64,000 nt of DNA from Tubiluchus corallicola (lineage: Eukaryota; Animalia; Priapulida): NCBI GenBank assembly GCA_030141605.1, contig JAQGDQ010000601.1:62001-126000 (forward strand), read 5' to 3'. Position 1 is the stretch's first letter. Every line of letters starts with the position of its first letter. A program made the position numbers and the translations under genes. The notes under the pieces are model-generated. The model saw nothing but the letters and a program-made list of their open reading frames with translations. It was not told where the DNA came from and made no database searches. Shown in pieces: positions 1-10,700 of the stretch.

Positions 1-339
1 ACGCATGGTGTGTGCCGGTTTACACTCGCACCTTTTCAACTAAACAACGTCTACTCAGGTTGGACCGTACCTAAAAGAAGCCCTCATACAGAAGCACTGA
101 ATTATGGACTTTCACAACTTGCACAAAGTGGCATTCTTGAAATGTCTATAAATAATTATATGACGCAGAATGGTTATCACTGTTTACATCAAGAACAGTC
201 TGTTGAATCACATAGGTTGGGTTTAGTGCATGTAGGTTCTGTGTTTTTAATCGTGGCAGTTGGCATACTGACAGGGATATGTTTAATAATAGCTGAAAAA
301 GTTTGGTTTGGTGTTCGTAAAAGAAACCGAACATGTTAA
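1..339 (+). CDS. 3' end of a variant ionotropic receptor (IR; S2 lobe end + M4 helix), truncated by window edge
   Basis: CRFTLAPF..YSGWTVPKRSPHTEALNYGLSQLAQSGILE..QEQSVESHRLGLVHVGSVFLIV aligns by eye with the C-terminus of the 2213-3673 ORF (CRFMVMPF..SSWAVPKESPYADALNYGLAALSQSGILK..QEQSVQSRPLRLHHLHPVFLVL) and fits the iGluR/IR S2-M4 pattern. Confidence 0.85.
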   Translation, partial: THGVCRFTLAPFQLNNVYSGWTVPKRSPHTEALNYGLSQLAQSGILEMSINNYMTQNGYHCLHQEQSVESHRLGLVHVGSVFLIVAVGILTGICLIIAEKVWFGVRKRNRTC

Positions 340-602
340 ATCTGAATCAAAGTACAAAGTTATAACCAAAGTTTAACTTGTCTGAGCAAAATGCAGCAAA
401 AGTTTAGTTAGTTGCACATTTACAATGCCTTGTTTTGCCTCCTATATTGTTATTATAGTCTCACAAATGTAAAACATTTTGTCTAAGGGTTTTCACAAAT
501 GTTTTGATATGGTTTGCCTAAAGGGGAAGATATGATCTGATATGTTAACTAGCTCCATTTGTTTTGTTTTGTTAATCTGAAAAAGAAAAGAGAACTTTAA
601 AG

Positions 603-1088
603 CAGGGGTGTGCAAATTATCTGACTAGCCGGGTGTGAAACTTTCCCACAATTCCTGCGGGCCACAGGCAGTTTGATCAAGGAGCCAAGTACAGAAAGGC
701 CTAATAATAATTTTTTTTGCATCCGAGCTGCGTACATCATTGCTACTGCACTACTACACTCAAGAAACTATTTTAGAAGTTATTAAAATTTATATACAAA
801 CCATATATTTCTACTTTCAGGACAGATAGTGGTAATTTCATTACAATGCATATTAGTAATGTTTATCACACGGTCTGTGTAGTACAGTGACATTAAGCTA
901 CAACCGTCTTGTAAGGGTTAATGGCATCCGATCTAGTAGAAAAAACTACCCGCACTATCTTTGGGACGTGGCACGGACTTCAGCTGGATACACTCAATTA
1001 ATCGCCCGGGCCGCACTTCCATTAGGTTGACAAATCTCTTCGTGGGCTGCACAAACTCTCTCGGCGGGCCGCAATTTGCACACCCCTG
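603..1088. mobile_element. hAT-type MITE
   Basis: TIRs CAGGGGTGTGCAAATT / AATTTGCACACCCCTG; identical 8-bp TSD CTTTAAAG at 595-602 and 1089-1096. Confidence 0.9.
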
Positions 1089-2248
1089 CTTTAAAGTATA
1101 GCCCACAAAAATTTCTGTACAAAGTTATTTTCCAGACCTGTTTGAAAGACTTACACAATTGGAAAAGTTCCTAATAATTCAAAATGTTTGCACCCCCTGG
1201 TAAAACGGCACTGCATCACCATCCCAGTTTGCACCACTGTTTCGCCAAAAAAGACATTGATCTGACAATTCAAAATAATCTAAACTTTTGCTTAGTTAGC
1301 ACACAGTGAGCTATCTCTGTTAATTTTTCAACGTTTACACAATGCCATCTAAACTTGTTTCAAATGATTTACCGTTGAAATGGCCTAACTGTTATTGCAG
1401 GAGTTTAAATTTACAAGTTGTATACGGTGTTATTGCTAATGCAAATCCTGCATGCAATAAGACAGTATGTAAGTGATGCAAAATTTCAAACCGAATTTTT
1501 AAACTTTATATATATGTGGATGATTTTAGGTGCTTTAATATACATAATTCACTATTAAGCTGCTACTAACCAGTACTTTATATATATATATATATATCAT
1601 TAAATCAGTTGGTGCCTGATCATAATTAGGAGGAACAAAAGTTCTTTTAGCACAATTAAATACATACTTCGTGCAGGTTTTAACACAACGAAGCTGAAAA
1701 CTTAGTTATTCAGTGTTGCTGCACAGTATTATGCAAACAAATTTACGTAGACAAATGTTTTACCCCATCAAATTTGTTTCTCTAATGTTTACTTATCAAC
1801 AAAACAGTTACTCAGCGTACTACTAATAAAATCCGCCTACAACTGCTGACAAAGGGCCTGACAAAAGATAAACAAAACCAACATAAATGGACAGGTTAGA
1901 TGAGCTAATGAATGGCATAGATGTCATGTGTGTCAACAAAAACCTTTTCAGCCTGGCCAATGAACAACATGCTATTCATCTAAAACAACCTTTACAAAAC
2001 TCTGCATGAACACGCTATTAAACTAACACCACGCAAATAACATAGCGAGTGTGCAATCACATTACAAAGTGTGTGCTCCGAAAAAGGAAGTCTGCATTCA
2101 ACAAATGGATATTTGTAATAATACTTGTTCACTCTGGGCTGAAATGAAAATATTAGGTTGGTTAATGCATGACTGCATCATCTGAAATTGTGCAAGACAG
2201 CGTTAATTAAATGTGAGGTACAGTAACTGTTTCCCGGCCTATTACAAG

Positions 2249-3673
2249 ATGTATCTGCCAGATAATGCAATGAACCACTACTTGATTCTAGTGACTGCTG
2301 CTCTTTTGACTTCTGTGGAGATAGAGGAATGTTCTGCGAGCAGCAACGTTCACACACGTAGACCAAAGTCAGAGATATTTTACCATTCCAGTGATTGTTA
2401 CAAAACAGGTGGATCAAAACTTGAAGACACCAATAAACAAATATGCTCGACTCGCAAGGGGGGTCAGTTTGTGCACTCGCTGAATGGAACCCACCTTCGA
2501 GTATCAATGTTTGAAGATGAACGGATAATGGAACCACTGATGTTATCATTACTGAATGACCTCAGCGTAAGTGCAAACTTCACTTACAGCTTCAATTACT
2601 TCTCACTGAAAAACTACAGTTATGAGGATGTTCTGAAACAAGGCATGACAGATCTGTTGATAGATCCACTGACGCACAGAGCTAAGCGAAGCGAATCTTT
2701 TACCTTCCTTCACGTCTTTTGGAGTTCATCCCAGATGGTGATATCCAAAAGGGAGGAAGACAGCATAGATGCATCGTTGCTGTCTCCATTTGCGAACACA
2801 GTTTGGATAGCAGTGGTAATATGCTGTGTAATCACGGGCGTAGTTATACACATGGAAGAAAAGTTATGCAAGCTTCACAAACAAGAACGTGTATCAAGTG
2901 CAGGATACTTTGCTAGGTACACCCTTGCATCACTTTTACAAAAAGACGGCACCTCTTTACCGACCAGAGTCTCATCCCGCATGTTGATGTCTGTGTGGTG
3001 GATGTTTGCTATAGTAATCACAGGAATGTACACGGGAACTTTAGTCGGAAGTTTGTTTCTCACCAAGCATAGTTATCCCATCACATCGGTCAACGATCTG
3101 ATAATGGGGCCGTATGTACCAGCTGTAGTGCAGCACTGGGGCTTTACAGACAGGCTACGCCACAGACCACCAGATTCTAACCTTGGGAAAATATGGAGGA
3201 ACATTGAATTGGATGAAAAGCTTCCAGTATATTCTGCAAATGATGGCCTTGAATTAACTTATACTGGCAAGTACGTTTTTACAGCTACAAGAAATTTCCT
3301 GAAGCTGCTACTGATGAATGATTTCCAGAAGTTTAATGCTTGCCGTTTCATGGTTATGCCCTTTCGAATGACCTCCGTCTCCGAAATTCATTCGAGTTGG
3401 GCGGTACCAAAAGAGAGTCCATATGCAGATGCACTAAACTATGGACTGGCAGCACTTTCACAAAGCGGCATTCTCAAGGCCACGATAGACAAGTTCCTTC
3501 AAAAAGATGGAGATCATTGTTTTTCAATGCAAGAACAATCGGTTCAGTCACGCCCTTTGCGCCTTCATCATCTACATCCAGTGTTTCTTGTTCTGATATT
3601 TGGAATAGTGTTTGCAGTTTGTGTAACATTGATTGAATGCATATGGTTTCACATGGTTCAAAACCCAGACTAA
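2249..3673 (+). CDS. Intronless variant ionotropic receptor (iGluR-family chemoreceptor, no amino-terminal domain)
   Basis: Single ORF; likely start is ATG 2249 or 2270, followed by the signal-peptide-like MNHYLILVTAALLTS. S1 motif DLLIDPLTHRAKRSESFTF; M1 LLSPFANTVWIAVVI; pore region ASLLQKDG..PTRVSSR; M3 VWWMFAIVITGMYTGTLVGSL; S2 and M4 present. Confidence 0.9.
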   Translation: MYLPDNAMNHYLILVTAALLTSVEIEECSASSNVHTRRPKSEIFYHSSDCYKTGGSKLEDTNKQICSTRKGGQFVHSLNGTHLRVSMFEDERIMEPLMLSLLNDLSVSANFTYSFNYFSLKNYSYEDVLKQGMTDLLIDPLTHRAKRSESFTFLHVFWSSSQMVISKREEDSIDASLLSPFANTVWIAVVICCVITGVVIHMEEKLCKLHKQERVSSAGYFARYTLASLLQKDGTSLPTRVSSRMLMSVWWMFAIVITGMYTGTLVGSLFLTKHSYPITSVNDLIMGPYVPAVVQHWGFTDRLRHRPPDSNLGKIWRNIELDEKLPVYSANDGLELTYTGKYVFTATRNFLKLLLMNDFQKFNACRFMVMPFRMTSVSEIHSSWAVPKESPYADALNYGLAALSQSGILKATIDKFLQKDGDHCFSMQEQSVQSRPLRLHHLHPVFLVLIFGIVFAVCVTLIECIWFHMVQNPD

Positions 3674-3754
3674 TGCCCAGTCCACACCGCTCTTCAAAAC
3701 ACTGATAGTCAAAAGACCGACATTCAAATGAATGGTATTCAAAACACTGAACTA

Positions 3755-4243
3755 CAGTAAGCTACGCATAACTCGAACACATCCAGAACTGAAAATTTGT
3801 CTGAGTTATGTGAAAGTACGAGTTAGATGATGTTCATAAGAAAACAAGATTGAGTCGCACATCAACGTCAAACAAGGCACTAGCAATGCTACAGCCTATG
3901 AAAATGACATAGTCTGAGTAGGCTGGTTAATAGAATTCGCCATTATTAATATTGTGATTTATAAACCACGTTCATTCAGCCGTTTTGTGCTCAACATTCT
4001 GTTAAGATAACACAAGAACTTATCAGTTAAAATCGTAATGTGATGCATTCTTTTGCATAGGCTTTCTCGCTTGAGAGGCTGTTCGAGATAGGCGGGGTAA
4101 TTTCGGTTAGATTTTTATAAGTTGTACTGGAAATTCAGTTTGCGTTATACGGTGTTTGGTGAAGGGAAAAGCCTTTCCACGAGATCTGTTCAAGATACAC
4201 AAGAAATTGAGTTATACCAGGTCAAGTTATACGTAATTTACTG
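3755..4243. mobile_element. Tc1/mariner (pogo/Tigger-like) MITE
   Basis: TA|CAGTAAGCTACGCATAACTCG ... GTTATACGTAATTTACTG|TA; same family as 6083-7417 in the opposite orientation. Confidence 0.8.
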
Positions 4244-5199
4244 TATGTCCACATGATTGGCATTTACTAACTGTTAAATTATTTGTTGAATGGCTGTTCC
4301 ATTCATGCCTCATACGTCCTAAATGGTGCCACACAACCAAGAAAACAGAAAAAACTGCCGCTGTTACATATATCACACACCTAGCATATTATTATACAGT
4401 TAGACTGGAACCCAGAATGTGAAAAATACTGTACCGCAATGATAACAGTGATGTTATCTATTTAAAAAAACAACTTAACAGCAATTATTACAATCAACAG
4501 TACATTTCACGAAATAACGTAGATGCGGAAATGCATCTTAAAATAATCTTTGCTGTATATATACGGTAATACTTGATTTAATAAGGCCATGCTATTCAAA
4601 TATCCTGTTTACTCCCCTAATTCGGATAATTTATTTTCTTGCAATAAATGATCCATAGGCATGAATTTATTATGGTTAACTACAACCAAATGTCGAAAGT
4701 TGACCTTTTTTGACCATTGTGCAATGTGGGGCTTAAGGGGGGCAAAATGTAACAAGGCGTTTCCGCAATTGAATCATATCCGGAGAGCGCATATATAAGT
4801 CAGCCCCTCCCATGCATAAGTAGTTAGTTAGTTAGTTAGTTAATCGCCATGTGTCTCAGGAGGCGATGCCACTATTATAATCTCCTTGTACGTATGTGTA
4901 TACAATTATAAATATGTACTTGCTTAATAAATGCAATGTATTACCTATACGTTTCTGCGGCCTTCATTACATTATTGTGATCACTTATGAGATAGCTCCA
5001 GGTCTCAGTAATGTCTTTTAGAACTAGTATGGGACATTCTATTCAAAAAAGAGAAGGGATTTAGTATCCCGAATTCGTGTGGCACATTTTACTTGTTTGT
5101 GCGGGGTGCCTCAGTATGGAGTACCTGTACCAAGAATGTGAACAATGTAGTACAGATTTCTGTCACTTACGTAAATCAGTAGAATAATGTACTTTTTGG

Positions 5200-5650
5200 C
5201 TTTTAAAACAGCGGAGCAGCTTATTCATGCTTTTGTAACTTCACATGTTGATTACTGCAGTTCACTTGCCTATGGAATACCAGACGGCTACATTCAGAAA
5301 CTTGAAAGAGTCCAAATTAAAAATGCTTCAGCTTGCATAAGCCCCCATAGTTAGCAAATTCTGTCATACAACACCAATTCTAAGGAAATTACATTGGCTT
5401 CTGGTCTGTGAAGAATTAAATTTAAAATTCTTCTAATTGCAAATGTATGAATGGGCTTGCACCAATTACTGCACCAGTATTTAACTCGACTTTTACAAAC
5501 TTATGCACCATCCCACCAACTAAGTGATCTGATACTAATACTCTAGTACAACCTAACCTTTCCGCAGGTGGGAGATAAATCTTTTTTCATCTGTTTATGG
5601 AATGCGTTTTTGAATGTCAAATTAAAACATTTTTTGTTATACCAAACTTT
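5200..5650 (+). mobile_element. Degenerate L2/CR1-clade LINE 3' fragment
   Basis: Translates to LIHAFVTSHVDYCSSLAYGIPDGYIQKLERVQ and, after frameshifts, HTTPILRKLHWL, typical of the L2 ORF2 C-terminus. Confidence 0.75.
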
Positions 5651-6082
5651 TTAACTTTTTGTTATTTTATTTTGTGCTAGTATAACCCAAGTAGGCCTAA
5701 GTGTTTATACACAATTGCATACCTTTTATATTTGATTCACAGACTTGTTTGTAAATTTTAAATGTTTTGCACACCGAAGAGCCCTTTTATATATATATCT
5801 CAGGCAACAAAATTATTTATTTTTATTTATTTGAAACCAAATTTTATCAAAAGTAAGGAAATTTGAAAAGACCGAATGTGGACCTGGCCTTACATACCAG
5901 TACACTGCAGTTTGGACTGCAAATAAAAGTTAAACAAAAGGTGTATTTAAGGTAATGTTCTTTGTGTTTTTTCTCTCCAAAACAGAGTTATAAAAAAATT
6001 CTCTTCTGCAATCCGACATTTTCACTGTTTTGATTTTTCCATCATTAATTTTCAAGCTTGAAATTAAAATTGTAGACAGTTA

Positions 6083-7417
6083 CAGTAAACTACGTATAAC
6101 ACGAATTCTTGTGTACCTCGAACAGATCTTGTGGAACGGCTATTTTCTTTTGTTTTTCTCTTTAACAAACATCGTGTAACTTGAATTATCACGAAACTCG
6201 AACCGAATCCCCGATAGAATTATTAAGAATCTGAGTGAAATTACAATGCTGATCTTGAGCAGCCTCCCAAATAAGAAATTCTGCTTGAAAGAGTGCATTA
6301 CATTACAATTTTAGCTCCTAGTTTCAGCAAAAATGCTAGGATTTCTGGTATTACAGGGCCGTAGTCGGCTTTTGAAAAGTGGTCCGGCCACAGATACGGA
6401 ACAGGTAGAAGAAGAATACAGCAGCAACATATAGAAGAGTATATTATAATTTATAATACAGAGTTATAATATAATAGAGCACTACACATACTCAATGATG
6501 ACATGATTGATTAAAACTTCCAAACACACATCTGCGCCGCTCATTTCTAGCAGTAAACTCGTTCGCAATTTCCTCAGGTCGAGAGCGTCTGTTCTATCCA
6601 TATGTACATGCAAAGTCATGAGATTGTTCAGTCTAGTTTGAGTCATTGTACTCCGCAAATAAGTTTTTACTCTACGCAGGGCTGAGAATGTCCTTTCACT
6701 TGTAGAATTTGTAGCCGGAATCACTAGTAGTATCCTGACAAGAATCACAATTTTGGAATAGATTGATCGCATCGCAGGTTTAAGTTCACGGAAATAACCG
6801 AATATATCCGACAGACTAACTGATTCACCTTGCTGATTTAGGCTGATTTGGAACCGGTGCTATATCCATGATAGATGAATTCATATTCTGTTTGTTGATT
6901 GGATATAATTTCTGTGATTGGATATAATAATGAAGTCTAAACCAAAATTGCTTCTTTTAGCTTCGAATAGAAACGATTTATGTGCTTTATTGTTGTCATT
7001 ATAAATAATGAAGGGGAGATGTCTAGGCACGTATGGCAGAAAAAGTAGTCCGGCCATGGCCGGACCGCCGACTACGGCCTTGTATTACCTTAGCAGAATG
7101 CTGCACATAACATGGCTTAATGAATGTGGTTCAATGTAGATCACAATATTATTATTGTCAAATTCTATTAACCATGCTACTCAGACGACAACAGAGATGC
7201 ACCAGTCATTTTATTTTTTATTATTCATAAAAAATGTTGTTTGATGCTTGATTAAAGGCTCAATTTGTCATTTTCACAGTGATGTGTTACTAGTGTATGA
7301 CTGACGTTGATGAGTGACTCATCTTGTTTACTTACGAACATTGTCTAACTTGTACTTTCGCATCACTCGAACAAATTTTCCGATCCTTCGAGTGTTCGAG
7401 TTATACATAGTTTACTG
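6083..7417. mobile_element. pogo/Tigger-like MITE interrupted by a nested hAT element
   Basis: TA|CAGTAAACTACGTATAAC ... GTTATACATAGTTTACTG|TA; internal sequence is the diverged reverse complement of 3755-4243. Confidence 0.8.
6354..7082 (-). mobile_element. Internally deleted hAT transposon carrying a hATC dimerisation-domain fragment
   Basis: TIRs CAGGGCCGTAGTCGGC / GCCGACTACGGCCTTG; ORF 6482-6772 LVIPATNSTSERTFSALRRVKTYLRSTMTQTRLNNLMTLHVH; flanked by TATTA on both sides. Confidence 0.85.
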
Positions 7418-7704
7418 TACTTTCAAAAAAGGCAATGCCTATTGCTGACTCTACCATATACATCTTAGTTTCTTCTCTCATAGCAAAAGTGATTACAAAA
7501 ATACAAAATCTTTACATTATAATGATATGAAAGGACAAAAAAGGTAACTATATAGCACACGAAATGCATTAAAATCAGACAAGCAGATTCATATGTACAT
7601 ACTTTGGCACCTTATGGCTTGTTTCTGAAGAAAATACAGCATGTAAGAACAAGCATACCTAGAGTACCTAATCACATGTCATATGTCTCCCAGCATTCCA
7701 GCTC

Positions 7705-10700
7705 TCAGAAGTCACTATTTAGCAACATAAATGCTTGTTCCTTAGTAGAATGAAATTTATCTAGCCATGAGGTTAACCTGGAAGTCAGCTCAGCAGCCTC
7801 TCCTATAGATTTTTCTGTGGATTGAACGATGGAAAGGTACTCCAGAAGTAGCTTTGCGGATTCAACCGGATGAGGAAATAATAACACCTGTAGTACATGT
7901 TAGAAAATAATTTATTAAAAACTTATTGCTTTACCTGGTAATTTTATCTTGAAATGCCATGTGACATAAGACAGTTAGTATCCGATAAAAATATTAAATG
8001 AGTGCAGAAGTTAACACAAACACAATTTTCTATTGTTATGTTCTCTTCTTGTCTCCTTTCAACTAATCATTACATAACAGCACTTATTTTTTCTTTGTTC
8101 TTCCTCTCTCAGAATCTTCTTTTCACTATCATTGTGGTTTAACAAATTCGTTTCCTTAGCCACAAAGCAGCAAACCATTCAAATTATTAAATTAATTTTT
8201 AGACCAAATTCATTTGCTAAGAGTATCCTCAACTATGTTGTAAAATTTGTATTTTGTTGTGAAAAATAAATAAATAAAAAATAAACTAAGTAACAGATTC
8301 TAATGACAGACATTCCCATTGTCACCACTTGACAGTGAAGTGAACGTAAACAGTAATACAAATAATGGCTTATCCACGGTCATTGGTCTTTCTTCCTTCT
8401 CAAGTTTTAGCAATTTGTTGCTTGGACTCTTGGTAATGAATAAATTAGCAAATACGTCATAATCAAAACATTGCAACAATAACAGCACCTTTCACTGTAA
8501 CTTGCAAATTTAAGGATGGTAGCTTTTAAGTTCAGTCTCTGTGGTCACACCATTGGATCTGACCACTAAATAGCACTATTATTACGTAGCTAATAACTGC
8601 CCCTTTTGCTAAACAAAAAGGTATTTCAGTATTAGAATTACATCAAAATGGAATTTATTGCCGACTGGTTTCGAACAAAACTGTTATTTAGCAAAGCATC
8701 TAAAGCAAAAAAATTTACCAGAATGTTAAAACAACACCGAAATACAATTCAGCAGTTAGATATCCAAAAGAGCTTGTACAACACCAACAGTGCATCGTGG
8801 TTTGTAGAATTTGGTAACAAAATGGCTGCTCCCTAATATTGAAAGTTCAGTTACTACTAACATATTGGTTTGTTTGTTTGTGGAGTGTCACATTATTTCA
8901 TGCCAATCAAGATATGTAATCTGTAAGATAAAGTGTTAAATTATCTATATAATGTTATATCATATATCTTTTGGCTACCTAACTACTGAATTGTATTTCG
9001 ATGTTGCTTCTAAATTCTGATAAATTTCTTTGTTTTAGATGCCTTGATAATGAACAATTTTGCTCAAAACCGGTCGGCAATAAATTCCACTTTGATGTAG
9101 TTACATTTATTTGTCAAATATGAATTCAATATTAGAATTATTTCAACATTTACATTTGGTAGTTATTTGTCCAACACATCTCTGGATTTAGGTGAATTCG
9201 TTTAAAAATATCCCGAAATTAAAATCCAGAAAAAGTACATAATGTGTATAAATATCGAATTCAACAAAAATGTCAGAGATGACGTTGTTGTGACAGGATT
9301 ATTTAATTAAACCTGTAGTATTTGAAAAGCACTCATTATTAAAATTAACTTGGAAAAATTTGACATATTTCCAAATAAAATTGACAATATGGCAAACATG
9401 GATAAGAACTGATTATTAATGCTTATTAAAAACTCATCAATTATTATACCAGCTCTTACCCCAAGTCTGATTGGTTCGTCTATTCCATCCCACTGTGACT
9501 TCCTACACAGTAGCTCATCAGACAAAACTCTCAGGTCAGGTTTTTCCAAAACTTCTTCTGAGTCCTTTGGTTCTGTCTGTTCTAGCTCATCAGCAACTTT
9601 ACTCAATTCACGTGTCACTTCTTTGCTTGCAACATTTATACCTTTGTCACCATTAGTTTCTTTTATTTCTGTAAGCATCTCACTTTCTCTATCAACACAT
9701 GCAAAATTTTCCTGCACTGCTGCACCACCAACACTAACTTCAGATTCGTTAGGCAAGCTAGCTGAGGTGGCACTCACAGAGACTTCTTCGTTACGCCGCC
9801 TTTGTTGCTCTATCATTTTTGCAACTTCATTTTCGATCAGTTTTATATCATGTTCCAGCTTGAACTTTACACAGAATTCTTTGTCAAGCAGTATGCGAGC
9901 AAAATCGGTTAAACTGTACGTTGAAAGTTCAATTAAACTACTGCTGCTTTCATCAATAGTTTCATCAACTGTTCCTACATCAGCATCTGCATGTTCTTCC
10001 ACTATATTCTCTTCAGTACTTACTACACTTAACACAGGTGTCAGCGTTGCATCACCACTAACAGCACCAACGTAGTCACCACTTGAGCCGGAGTATTCCA
10101 AACTAACAGATGCTGTAGTATCTTTTGCCCCATGAGCTTCATTTGACACCACAGAAACATCTTCTGCTAAAGGTAACACAAAGCTATGACTGACTTCACT
10201 GACACTAACTGTAGACACTTTTACGGTAACTGGACTTTTTTTAAATGGCACATAAGGTAATTCGTCAGTTTTATCAAAAGTTAAGCTTTTATTGCTAACT
10301 AATTCAGATGATTTACTTGTAGATTCAGTTTTATCAATGGATTCCTGTTCAACTTCGTTAGATTTACTCAAATGAGTAAGAGAGACGTTATAATTAATAC
10401 TGAAAATTTGACTAGAACGGTCGCTGTTAATAACATGCGCACCTTGCCGTGACGAATGTTTGGCATTTTCAAGACGTCTATACAGCATGGCTCTACAGTA
10501 GAATGCCTCTAAGCCTCTCTGTACAGCACTCACTCCCTCGATAGTCGTTGATATGTCTACAAGTGATTTTAATAGATTTTCCAACGTCACACCTTCAGCA
10601 AGGACCAAGGCAAGATATTTCTCCACATTCTGAGCACCTAAAACATGGCAAATAAAACAACACGACTGTCTGCAGTAATCAAAAGTGCTGCACTACTCAT

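Noticed and set aside
4748-4971. Possible solo LTR (TGTAA...TTACA with TATA and AATAAA)
   Set aside because: No target-site duplication and no second copy in the window
9419-10075. 218-aa Ser-rich ORF on + strand
   Set aside because: Antisense shadow of the large GEMIN5 exon
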